64,000 nucleotides of DNA. Source: a virus. Made by a program: the position numbers and the translations under genes. A model generated the notes under the pieces. The model was not told where the DNA came from, did no database searches, and worked only from the letters and a program-made list of their open reading frames with translations. Positions 41,432 through 50,455 of the stretch are shown here, one piece after another (positions within the stretch are counted from its first letter, which is position 1; every line of letters begins with the position of its first letter). The stretch is taken from IMG/VR virus record IMGVR_UViG_3300002835_000026. The stretch is one strand, 5' to 3'.

Positions 41432-41635
41432 TTATTTACTTAATAGATCATTAATTTTGTAGTGAAATTGTGACATACTAGTGTCTAGTAAATCAGGATT
41501 ATCCTTTAATATTTTATATAGTTTTTCACTAACATCAAATTTAATTACAGGATTTAATATATCTTCTTCCATCATCTCATTATTTTCAACTAAACGACGA
41601 TTGTTAAAATATTTATATGTGTTAAATGTACCCAT
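41432..41635 (-). CDS. Small hypothetical protein
   Basis: 67-aa ORF tightly packed between neighbours. Confidence 0.55.
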   Translation of the reverse strand: MGTFNTYKYFNNRRLVENNEMMEEDILNPVIKFDVSEKLYKILKDNPDLLDTSMSQFHYKINDLLSK

Positions 41636-42240
41636 TATTTTTTAGTTTTTAAGTAATTACTTAGTAGTGTACCTATAGCACCTATCTTCTGTCTTATAAA
41701 TATCCATTCTTCTAGCGTTAATGTATGATTTTCATTAACATAATCAATAACTAACACACCTATAAACTGATCATGCAAATCATGTATAGCAAGAGCATAA
41801 AATGATTTAGTTCCACATGTTTTGTCTACAGGGAATAAATTTTGAGCTTTATCAGCATCATAATGAGGTAATGTAATTTCACCTTCTCTATATAATGTAG
41901 AAAATGCTTTACTAAATAATGATGTAGGAATATTTTGGTATACTTCTTTAACAGATGCTACATCAATGCTTACTTTTTCATATAATATTGAAAATTTTTG
42001 TAATGATTTACCTGTAGGATATAAATGCCCACCATTATGGAATTGTGATATCCATACACGGTCACAATTTAATTGGTCAAATAAATTATCAACTTGATGG
42101 TCGATTAATGCATTATGTTCAATAGCTTCAGCTAATGGATCTTGCTTTTTTCTTTCTAATTTAGTTTTAACCCAAGTCATTGCTATTGGTCCTATTACTG
42201 CTGTTATAAATGCAACTATCACTGCCGTTATTATATCCAT
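41635..42240 (-). CDS. N-terminal TM plus GAF-like domain; T4 holin T-like architecture
   Basis: IITAVIVAFITAVIGPIAM TM; DRVWISQFHNG...SFYALAIHD...IGVLVIDY GAF-like strands. Confidence 0.55.
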   Translation of the reverse strand: MDIITAVIVAFITAVIGPIAMTWVKTKLERKKQDPLAEAIEHNALIDHQVDNLFDQLNCDRVWISQFHNGGHLYPTGKSLQKFSILYEKVSIDVASVKEVYQNIPTSLFSKAFSTLYREGEITLPHYDADKAQNLFPVDKTCGTKSFYALAIHDLHDQFIGVLVIDYVNENHTLTLEEWIFIRQKIGAIGTLLSNYLKTKK

Positions 42241-42809
42241 TACTTTTTTAAACTTTGTAGGTATTCTATTGTTTGTTCTTTATTCTTTAATAATTGTGCT
42301 TTGTCTGAACCGTTCCATGATTCTACATCTCCTGCCTCTGTAATATAAGATTCCATTTTGGTATCTATTTTTTCATCAATCCAAATATTAAAATCTTTAA
42401 TTATACTATCAATATCAGAATTTAATATATTTTTTTCATATTCAACCCATAATCCTTTTGCTTTTATTGTACCTTCAAATTCTATTTGGCAATTAAAACA
42501 TCTGTTATATTGAATATAAAACTGTTTATCATAACGGTGTTTCATTACTTTAGAGCATTCAGGGCAAAACAAGGGTAAATGGATTTGAGCTTTTGCTTTA
42601 TCCAATTTTGTAACATTTTGTTTTATACCATTTTTAATAGTCCATTTACGACTATCTTCTTCCCATACATCTCCTTCATTATGAAACTCTTGTTGTTTGG
42701 TAAAACCAATACTAGTACTAGTTTTTTCACCATATTTACCTTGAACTAAATTACGAAGACGTTGTACATCTTTTTCTTTAAATTCTTTTTTTAAAACTGA
42801 TTCTGACAT
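42240..42809 (-). CDS. Hypothetical zinc-finger protein
   Basis: CPEC...CFNC. Confidence 0.7.
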   Translation of the reverse strand: MSESVLKKEFKEKDVQRLRNLVQGKYGEKTSTSIGFTKQQEFHNEGDVWEEDSRKWTIKNGIKQNVTKLDKAKAQIHLPLFCPECSKVMKHRYDKQFYIQYNRCFNCQIEFEGTIKAKGLWVEYEKNILNSDIDSIIKDFNIWIDEKIDTKMESYITEAGDVESWNGSDKAQLLKNKEQTIEYLQSLKK

Positions 42810-42812
42810 TTA

Positions 42813-43454
42813 TTACTTTATTAGATTTTTTATTTGTTCTCTAATGACTTCTTGTAATTCTTTTTTAGTCATTTTAACTTTCATATACTCAGCTTTAGGA
42901 TCTTTAGGTAATTCTTTAATTTTACCTGCTTTAAACTGTTGCATAAAATATAATTTTGCTTCTTGATCTAATTTATCTGCTGATTCATCAACTGCTTCTT
43001 TATCTACTATTGAATAATTAATTTTAGCATTTTTCATTACTACATCAATAATTTTTTTAGTTAAGTCTTTAGCTGGATTTCCTGATTTAGGGAAAACAAT
43101 AGTATCATCTTTAACTTTATATTTTAATAATGTAGGTTTAGAAGTATGTGATTTAACAAAATCATCAATTGATGTTTTAGTTTTAACAGGAAAAGGAAAA
43201 CCTTGATCTCTTTCCATTTTCTTGCGTTTAGCAGGAATAACAGGACCAAAGTGATCTTCTATAGCTTTTTGTATAGATGATTTATTACGCATGTTAGAAA
43301 CATACATTCCATAGTTATCTAATGTTTCTAAAGCCTTAACTGTATCTTCTACAGAAACACTATTAGGAGTAACTACAATATCGTAATTTACTTGTTCACG
43401 ATTTGAAGGTGTAGTTTCTGCTTCTTCTTCTCTTAATTTATATTTGTAAGCCAT
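42813..43454 (-). CDS. Hypothetical protein with C-terminal ELQEVIREQI motif
   Basis: 213-aa ORF. Confidence 0.65.
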   Translation of the reverse strand: MAYKYKLREEEAETTPSNREQVNYDIVVTPNSVSVEDTVKALETLDNYGMYVSNMRNKSSIQKAIEDHFGPVIPAKRKKMERDQGFPFPVKTKTSIDDFVKSHTSKPTLLKYKVKDDTIVFPKSGNPAKDLTKKIIDVVMKNAKINYSIVDKEAVDESADKLDQEAKLYFMQQFKAGKIKELPKDPKAEYMKVKMTKKELQEVIREQIKNLIK

Positions 43455-43455
43455 A

Positions 43456-43851
43456 TTATTGCTTTAATTTTTGAATTAATTCTTTAGCTTTAGCTTTTTT
43501 CTCATCAATATCTTTTTTAGATGTTCTAAATTCATCCATTGATGATTTTAACTCATCAATTTGCATATCACGTTCTTTTAAAACCATAGTAGCTGTTCTG
43601 CCAGCATCTGATTTGTTTTTATACATACCCATGATATTTTCATATGTTAAGCCATTTTTAATTTTTTCAGCTAATGAAAAAAGATCAGCTTCAAACATTA
43701 TTTCTTCTTTTGTAGATTTAGTACCTGGTTTAGATACAACAAAGAATTTACCTACTTCATCAACTACATCATAGTTTTTAGTGATAATTTCTTTTGTTTC
43801 CATTGTTTCTTCTTCTAAATTTTCTCTTAAAAGGTCAATTAATTTTTTCAT
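43456..43851 (-). CDS. Hypothetical protein with CTS-like N-terminus MKKLIDLLRE
   Basis: 131-aa ORF. Confidence 0.65.
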   Translation of the reverse strand: MKKLIDLLRENLEEETMETKEIITKNYDVVDEVGKFFVVSKPGTKSTKEEIMFEADLFSLAEKIKNGLTYENIMGMYKNKSDAGRTATMVLKERDMQIDELKSSMDEFRTSKKDIDEKKAKAKELIQKLKQ

Positions 43852-43870
43852 ATTATCTTTTTATTTTGTT

Positions 43871-46800
43871 TTATTTATTTTTAATACTGTCTTCCCAATT
43901 TCTAAACATCATATTACCTTTTTTGTAAGCTTCTCTTTCAATTTCAGGTAAATCTCCGTCTTCATTTGTATTTGTTGTACCTATATTATTTAATCTATTA
44001 TCTAAATTTTGTTCATGATGTATCATTTCATGTGAAAATGAACGTAAAACATCTTTAGGATGTCTATTCATAGTAAATAAAGTAATTGATTTTTCTTCTG
44101 GGCTGTAAAATGCTGTTTTGCCAAATACATTTTCAGCATTTGCTTTATCATTGTTAATAAATTTAACAACAGGTAATGGCTTAATATTCATTCCTTGATT
44201 AACCATATATTTAGTTAATTCAGGAATATATTTTTTATAGTCATTATTTTCTTTACCTTCTTTTAATTTTCCTTGTCCACCTGCTTTTAATAACGGACTA
44301 TCTTTAGGTAATTTTGTATTAATATAATCAATAGTATTTTGAATTGTTTTATATAAATCTTTTTGAAATTCTTTATATCCTTCTGGATTATATTTTCTTA
44401 TTTGTTCTATATTTGAGTGAAAATTAGTTAATGTACTTCTTGAATCCCACCCTGGATTTGTATTTATTCCTAAAAACCATCCTCCCCAATCTGCTATTTT
44501 TCTTATAAATTTTTGAATATCATTACCTTTTTCTCCTTTAGATAACCAATCCATTGTACTTTTATTAAACATTTTATTTTTACCAGAATAAAAATCTAAA
44601 ATATCTTGATAATAAGAGTTTAACTCAAGTACAGCTTGTTTTAAATTATCTTTATTATTATTTATATATTCATAACTATTAAATTTTATAGCTTCTAAAA
44701 ATTCACCTGTTTGTGATGGAAATTCTTCCCAAGTACCATAATATAATTCTGGTTTTGAAGGGTCATATTTAGTTTTTAATGGCTTGTGATTTACAGCTGG
44801 ATCTTTTGCATGAATTAATTCATGACGTAAAGAAGATAAAAGAGCTTCTTTAGGATTATCTCCAGTTAATGTTTTCCAAATAGATTCTAATGTTCCTTCA
44901 AAAGCAGGAAACCAATAATTTCCATTAATTCCTATAAAATTATCTTTAAAATTAGTATTATCTTGTGTTAAAAACTTAGCTGCTGATCGGGTGTCACCAT
45001 CATCATAAATGTATGGTACAAATTCTGCTTCTTCTCCTGAAGCCATTTTGTATTTGATAGGATTAGTTAATCCTACTTTAAAGTCTTTTTCTTTTAAAGC
45101 TTGTATAAAAATAGGAATTAAATTTCTTAATTTTGTTTCTTCTTCATCACTTAATGATATAATACCTTCTTTTAAATCTTCTACTTTATTAACAGCTAAG
45201 ATATAATTTTTTATGTTATCAATTCCACCTTCAGGACCTTTAAAAGATATTCTTTCTTCTTGTTCATCATAATCACCAGTATTATTAAAGAAATCTCTCA
45301 CTACACTTTCAGGTTCATCTTCTAACCAATTATATTCCCAATTGTCTTCATAGTTCCATCCCGGTCTGTAGGCAAAAGGTGTTATTTTATATTTGTCAGA
45401 TAATTTGTCTCCATCTAATGTAATTCTATAATCTGTTTTTACTCCAAAATTAGATCCTTTTTTATAGAAATTTTTATTACGAGTAAATGAAATATAATAT
45501 AATTCATTACCTAAATAATTTTCTTCAGAGGTATTTATTTTATTAGACTGAAGGATGCCTTTTAATCCATCGGCTGATGTGTAGTGATATAAAGGACCAA
45601 CTTGCTTACCTTCTTCTAATCCACCAGGTGTATCTAATTTTTTACCTGTTTTAACATCTGTATCATAATCACAAGTTCCTTCATTTAAATCAGGATTATT
45701 ATCATGTCCACATATACTACCATCTGGTAATTTGTTATGGCAAATATATAAATCCTTACCACCATCAGCTAATTTCCAGGTCCAGCCACAGTTATCACAA
45801 ATAACTTCTGTAGCTGTTACTAGTTCTTGAATGACAGTAGATAAAGTATTAAATATTTCTGTTTTTTCTTTTACTTTTTCAGGAATAAAAGATAAAAATG
45901 CTTCTTGTCCTTTTTTTAATGCTTGACGAGCATCAGTTCCACTTGTATCTGATTGAGTAATTATAGGAGCTAATTCAACATTTTCATATTTACCTATACC
46001 TTTAGTTTTTGATGCTAAGTCTACAAAATCATCATCTTTACCATCTCTAGCTCCAATAACCCATATTACATCTTCATCTTGATGATTTTCAATATACTCA
46101 TATATAGCTGTAATTGGTGATTTAGCTGGTTCTACTTTTACTTTTAAAGGTAAGTATTTTTTATATATATCCCAAGTTAAAAGTGATTCAGCTTGAGTAA
46201 TTCCATCTCTTGTTCCAGAACCAACATAAATAATAAATTCATCTATTTGAGGAAATTGCTCTAATGCTTTTTCAACAACTTCAAAATGACCTTTGTGAGG
46301 TGGTTTAAAACCACCACCATAAAGTGCTACTGTTTTCTTTGAATCTGCTTCAATTAAAGGTAAGATTAATTCTCTAACTAATCCTTTAAATAATTTATTT
46401 TCTAATAAACTACTAACTGCGTCTAATGCTGCTTGTTTATTATCACCTTTAGGTGTATCAACTTCTCCACTTTTAATAGACACCATTGATTTAAATATAC
46501 CTTTTATTCTATTTTTAGAACGTTCGTTTTTTAATTTAGATTTTAAATCTTGTAATAATGTTTTAAAATCACCATCTATATTGTAGTTGTCAAATAATTT
46601 TTTAACAATACTCCAATTTGAAGATTTCCAAACCTCAGTTCTATTAAGTTCTTTAAAATTATCTAATGTTACTATACGTAATGTTAATCCAGCACTTGAT
46701 AAATTAAATTCATATTCTTGATTCGCTTCAAGTTCAGGTACATTAGTAATACCTAATCTAGTGAATATTTTTTTAGGATCTTCTTCTAAACAAATTACTT

Positions 46801-47254
46801 TAGCTAAACCTAAAAGTAAACCTTGTACTTCAGCTGGATAATCTAAGAATGTATTTTTAAATGTTGATTCTTCTTCACTAGTAGAAATAATATTATCTAT
46901 TTGAACAAATTCATCAGACATACCAACTATAGGGTATAATACAGTTACTAATTCACCACTACTAAGTGATTTTTTTCCTTTATATTTATTACTTTTAAAA
47001 GGTACAATAACTGAATCAGGGAGAGAAGCAAAATATTTAGCTAAATCTTGTTTAGCTAATTTTTTATCATTACTATCTAAATGAACAATTAAATCAATGT
47101 CACCAAAGTCTTGTTTAGTTCCTGTATTATAAGAACCAGTTGCTTTAGCGTCCTTAAATCCAGGGAATTTAGATAATACTTTATTTATATAATCTTGAAC
47201 AGTTTTTTCTACTGCTGCCCTAGATATTCTATTTCCACCTGCTGAACCTGACAT
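43871..47254 (-). CDS. Polyvalent protein: Pol-beta nucleotidyltransferase + HIGH nucleotidyltransferase + Zn finger + ADP-ribosyltransferase-like domain + two HExxH metallopeptidase-like domains
   Basis: GSY...GDIDL and VQID; GGGFKPPHKGH; CDNC...CH; LYHYTS/ISFTR/EQEE; RHELIH; SHEMIHH. Confidence 0.75.
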   Translation of the reverse strand: MSGSAGGNRISRAAVEKTVQDYINKVLSKFPGFKDAKATGSYNTGTKQDFGDIDLIVHLDSNDKKLAKQDLAKYFASLPDSVIVPFKSNKYKGKKSLSSGELVTVLYPIVGMSDEFVQIDNIISTSEEESTFKNTFLDYPAEVQGLLLGLAKVICLEEDPKKIFTRLGITNVPELEANQEYEFNLSSAGLTLRIVTLDNFKELNRTEVWKSSNWSIVKKLFDNYNIDGDFKTLLQDLKSKLKNERSKNRIKGIFKSMVSIKSGEVDTPKGDNKQAALDAVSSLLENKLFKGLVRELILPLIEADSKKTVALYGGGFKPPHKGHFEVVEKALEQFPQIDEFIIYVGSGTRDGITQAESLLTWDIYKKYLPLKVKVEPAKSPITAIYEYIENHQDEDVIWVIGARDGKDDDFVDLASKTKGIGKYENVELAPIITQSDTSGTDARQALKKGQEAFLSFIPEKVKEKTEIFNTLSTVIQELVTATEVICDNCGWTWKLADGGKDLYICHNKLPDGSICGHDNNPDLNEGTCDYDTDVKTGKKLDTPGGLEEGKQVGPLYHYTSADGLKGILQSNKINTSEENYLGNELYYISFTRNKNFYKKGSNFGVKTDYRITLDGDKLSDKYKITPFAYRPGWNYEDNWEYNWLEDEPESVVRDFFNNTGDYDEQEERISFKGPEGGIDNIKNYILAVNKVEDLKEGIISLSDEEETKLRNLIPIFIQALKEKDFKVGLTNPIKYKMASGEEAEFVPYIYDDGDTRSAAKFLTQDNTNFKDNFIGINGNYWFPAFEGTLESIWKTLTGDNPKEALLSSLRHELIHAKDPAVNHKPLKTKYDPSKPELYYGTWEEFPSQTGEFLEAIKFNSYEYINNNKDNLKQAVLELNSYYQDILDFYSGKNKMFNKSTMDWLSKGEKGNDIQKFIRKIADWGGWFLGINTNPGWDSRSTLTNFHSNIEQIRKYNPEGYKEFQKDLYKTIQNTIDYINTKLPKDSPLLKAGGQGKLKEGKENNDYKKYIPELTKYMVNQGMNIKPLPVVKFINNDKANAENVFGKTAFYSPEEKSITLFTMNRHPKDVLRSFSHEMIHHEQNLDNRLNNIGTTNTNEDGDLPEIEREAYKKGNMMFRNWEDSIKNK

Positions 47255-48216
47255 TATGCTGCTTTATATTTATTTAAATTAGAATCATCAGGTAAAAATT
47301 TACCTTTAAGACCTAAGCGACTTTGATTAGTAATCCAATATTCTTGAAGATCTAATGGAATATCAGCTCTAGTTGAGTCTAATATTCTTAAATATATATC
47401 TAATACTTGATTTAATTTATCTTTAGGTAGTTTTTTCTTTAAAACATCCATTAACTCAAAATAATCATTTAATACATCTTGAGATAAATTAAGTTTAAAT
47501 CCTTGGTTTAATACATCTAATGCTTCTTGAGGATTAGTCGCTACTATATCTCCTGTTTCTTTATCCTTAACACCAGTACCATGACTAAAAGTTTTATTTA
47601 ATGCTTGGAACATAGCTACCATTAATTGGGTTCTATGTAAACCTTTTACATTATCTTTATAGGTATTTGAATAGTAACTAAAATTTAGCCAATCTAAATT
47701 ACCTACATTAATATCTATTTGTACTGATTTATCATTAAGTATTTCTCCTTTTTCATTGTATTGAGGAAAATTACAAAATATTGAGCCATTACCTGCTGCT
47801 TTTAAATCAGTGTCTATATATTCTGATTTCTTTTCAAGATTAGTAGCTATTAATTCTAACATAGCTCTTAATTTGCTTTGAGTTTCTGATGCTGAACGTG
47901 AACGTTTTCTAATTTTTTCATATAGAGTGTCAAATTCAGCTTTATCAATATTCCAATTAGATAATAATGGATTACCATCTTTATCCATAAATTGGTCAAC
48001 ACTCATACCTAAATCAATATCACCAGATTCATCTTTTTTACCAACTGAACCTAAAGTATTAAAGTTAAATTTTACTTTTGGGTATACTTTATTTAATTCA
48101 GCAGTGAAATTTTTAAGAGTGGGTTGGATGTATTCTTTTTTGATACTAGAGGTGGTGCCAAATACGTTGCCACCTTCTAAAGTTATTGATTTTAAAAGCT
48201 CAATTAAAGAAATCAT
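47254..48216 (-). CDS. Pol-beta superfamily nucleotidyltransferase
   Basis: LGSVGKKDESGDIDLG and VQIDIN; late motif at 48229-48238. Confidence 0.75.
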   Translation of the reverse strand: MISLIELLKSITLEGGNVFGTTSSIKKEYIQPTLKNFTAELNKVYPKVKFNFNTLGSVGKKDESGDIDLGMSVDQFMDKDGNPLLSNWNIDKAEFDTLYEKIRKRSRSASETQSKLRAMLELIATNLEKKSEYIDTDLKAAGNGSIFCNFPQYNEKGEILNDKSVQIDINVGNLDWLNFSYYSNTYKDNVKGLHRTQLMVAMFQALNKTFSHGTGVKDKETGDIVATNPQEALDVLNQGFKLNLSQDVLNDYFELMDVLKKKLPKDKLNQVLDIYLRILDSTRADIPLDLQEYWITNQSRLGLKGKFLPDDSNLNKYKAA

Positions 48217-48244
48217 CTTAATGTTTATATATAAATATTAATAC

Positions 48245-49033
48245 TTATACTCCTATTTGAATTTCTGTAGGATACTGTTCAGATGATGGGCGTGGGTTTG
48301 GGTTTTCTAATTTAAATAGATTATGAATTGAATGAAATAATGTTAAATTATCTTCAATGCTACGCTCAGATTCTGCTAATTCCCAACCTTTACCTTGAAT
48401 TTTTTTATTATTTTTATCAGGACCGTGTTTAGCTGATTTTAACCACAATATACCTGCACGTTCTATTTTCTCTTCAAAGTTTTCATTCCATGCTTGTGAG
48501 TAAGCAGCTAATTGTAATTCTTGACTTGTATGTAATGATTTTGATGTTTTAATATCTACCATCCATTTTTCACCATTAATTTCAAGTACTAAATCACAAG
48601 TACCAGCATATATAAATTGGTCTGAGAATAAATGGATTTCACTCTCTATTAGAGTTGGTTTATAAGTACTCCAAAAATCATGGAATTTTAAAATCATTTT
48701 CCATACATCTAATGAATAAATAGATGTTCCTTTCTCATCAAACCATTGTAGTTTTTCGCCTTTAAGATATCTTTCAGCGGCGTCATGTACTTGAGTACCT
48801 TCTTCAGCTGCTCTACGAGCAATAATATCTGCGTTATGTCCTACATCTTTAAGCCAATTTTCAAAATATTTATTTTTTGGCATAAATTGTAAAATATTAG
48901 TAACAGATGGATAATAATTTCCATGTCTACTATAGAATCTACTGTCTAATATATTAACTCGTTTAGAATCTACATCCGCTTCTAAAATACGTTTAACATG
49001 TTTTTTGTTAATGTTTACATTTTTTTCTATCAT
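48245..49033 (-). CDS. PD-(D/E)xK exonuclease (Cas4-like phage type)
   Basis: YPSVTNIL, GTQVH, YAGTCDLV, VDIKTS, QLAAY. Confidence 0.85.
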   Translation of the reverse strand: MIEKNVNINKKHVKRILEADVDSKRVNILDSRFYSRHGNYYPSVTNILQFMPKNKYFENWLKDVGHNADIIARRAAEEGTQVHDAAERYLKGEKLQWFDEKGTSIYSLDVWKMILKFHDFWSTYKPTLIESEIHLFSDQFIYAGTCDLVLEINGEKWMVDIKTSKSLHTSQELQLAAYSQAWNENFEEKIERAGILWLKSAKHGPDKNNKKIQGKGWELAESERSIEDNLTLFHSIHNLFKLENPNPRPSSEQYPTEIQIGV

Positions 49034-49959
49034 AATGATAATTTTTTTTCAAGCAAGCCTGAAAAGGTTAGGGGATAGGTGTTCTGTATTAATTCAGTAA
49101 AATGTCTAAATCCTAATTCGCTTGGATCTTTACCATCTAAATCTACTAAATATACTTCTTTGCCTTCATTTATTAATTGTTCACAAAATTGTAATGCTTC
49201 TCTTAATGCGTCTCTATCTAAAGCTACGTAAATTTTCTTAACAGATGATGCTACTAGCTTTAACATCAACGTAGACTGTATATTCTTGCCTAATAACGGT
49301 ATAACATTTCGTTTAATAGCAATGGCGTCAAACATTCCTTCGCACAGTATAATCGGTGTATTCCAGTTTATAAACAGTTCGAATGGTATAACGTTACGTG
49401 ACACATCTGGATTCTTATATTTAAGACTTGATGTTTTATCAAAGTTACGAGCAGTAAAGTAATTTAATTTGCCCGTAGCATCATATGATGGTAAAATAAT
49501 CATTTTATTAAATTTACCACCCTCACAATAACCTATATTATATTTTAATATATCATCTTCTGTTATACCTCGTTTTTTAATATAATTTAAAGCATGTTTA
49601 CCTATAATATTACTATCAGATATATTAGTTAATGGTTTAAATTCTTGAGGTAATTTTAAAATAGTTGCAGTTTGTACTATTTTTTCGCCTGATGTGTATT
49701 TAACTAATGGTCTTAGTTCTGCTAACTTATCAGGATCAGCATGTATTGCTTTAAATAAATTAATTAATGATTTACCTTTTTTATTACAACTCCAACAATG
49801 CCATGGATTTTCACTTTTATCTGATTCAGTAAAATTGATTTCTAACTTAGGTTTATGGTGATTACAGAAAGGACAATGATACGCGTAGTTGCCTTTTGAT
49901 GTAGATTTACTAATGCCTAAAACCGAGTTTACTAAATTTACAAGTAGTTGATTTACCAT
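49030..49959 (-). CDS. DNA primase (zinc finger + TOPRIM)
   Basis: CPFC...WHCWSC; YIKKRGI; KYKNP; LCEGMFDA; ALDRDA; KDPSE. Confidence 0.9.
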   Translation of the reverse strand: MVNQLLVNLVNSVLGISKSTSKGNYAYHCPFCNHHKPKLEINFTESDKSENPWHCWSCNKKGKSLINLFKAIHADPDKLAELRPLVKYTSGEKIVQTATILKLPQEFKPLTNISDSNIIGKHALNYIKKRGITEDDILKYNIGYCEGGKFNKMIILPSYDATGKLNYFTARNFDKTSSLKYKNPDVSRNVIPFELFINWNTPIILCEGMFDAIAIKRNVIPLLGKNIQSTLMLKLVASSVKKIYVALDRDALREALQFCEQLINEGKEVYLVDLDGKDPSELGFRHFTELIQNTYPLTFSGLLEKKLSL

Positions 49960-49966
49960 ACCTCAT

Positions 49967-49995
49967 ATTATACGAAAGAATGGTTAAAAAGCCAA
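49967..49995 (-). promoter_or_regulatory. Putative early/middle promoter TTGGCT-N17-TATAAT
   Basis: Recurrent bipartite motif, 7 nt before the primase ATG. Confidence 0.7.
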
Positions 49996-49996
49996 A

Positions 49997-50455
49997 CTAT
50001 AGTGTAAAGTCCTTAGTAAAGAACTTACCTAATATATTATCATTATAGAATGATTCTGGGTGTTCTAATACTTTATATGTAAATAAGGCTTGTGTTTCGT
50101 AGTAAGTTAGTAATTTTTTATTAGGTGCTAATTTAATTATAGTGCGAGTGAACAAATCTTGTTTACCGTCTTTAATTAATTGCATTACTTCTTTATTAGA
50201 GCCGTAATATGTTTCCCAATCTGATTCTTTGGTTATTATTTTAGTAGTTGGTTTACGGCCAACACCAGTTAATTCGGCTACTTCTTTTTTACCTAATTTT
50301 ACTTTTTTATTATGGTATAATACTTTTTTACCTATATAAGATTTATTAGTATCAGTATTTTTAACTATATAAATAAATCCAAATGTATCTTTAGGAAAAT
50401 CGTTGAGGTTAGTGATGGGTTTACTATTGTAAACCCAAGTTGGTAATGTTAACAT
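49997..50455 (-). CDS. GIY-YIG family nuclease-like protein
   Basis: FGFIYIV...SYIGKK, YYGS, YYE, FYNDNI. Confidence 0.75.
   Translation of the reverse strand: MLTLPTWVYNSKPITNLNDFPKDTFGFIYIVKNTDTNKSYIGKKVLYHNKKVKLGKKEVAELTGVGRKPTTKIITKESDWETYYGSNKEVMQLIKDGKQDLFTRTIIKLAPNKKLLTYYETQALFTYKVLEHPESFYNDNILGKFFTKDFTL

Noticed and set aside
11228-48241. Short plus-strand ORFs antisense to real genes (e.g. 16656..17180, 19414..19938, 26512..26817)
   Set aside because: Fully overlap well-supported minus-strand genes; Ser/Phe-rich composition typical of antisense to Glu/Lys-rich genes
48245-49033. Cas4 as part of a CRISPR-Cas locus
   Set aside because: No array or other cas genes; sits next to primase as a typical phage exonuclease
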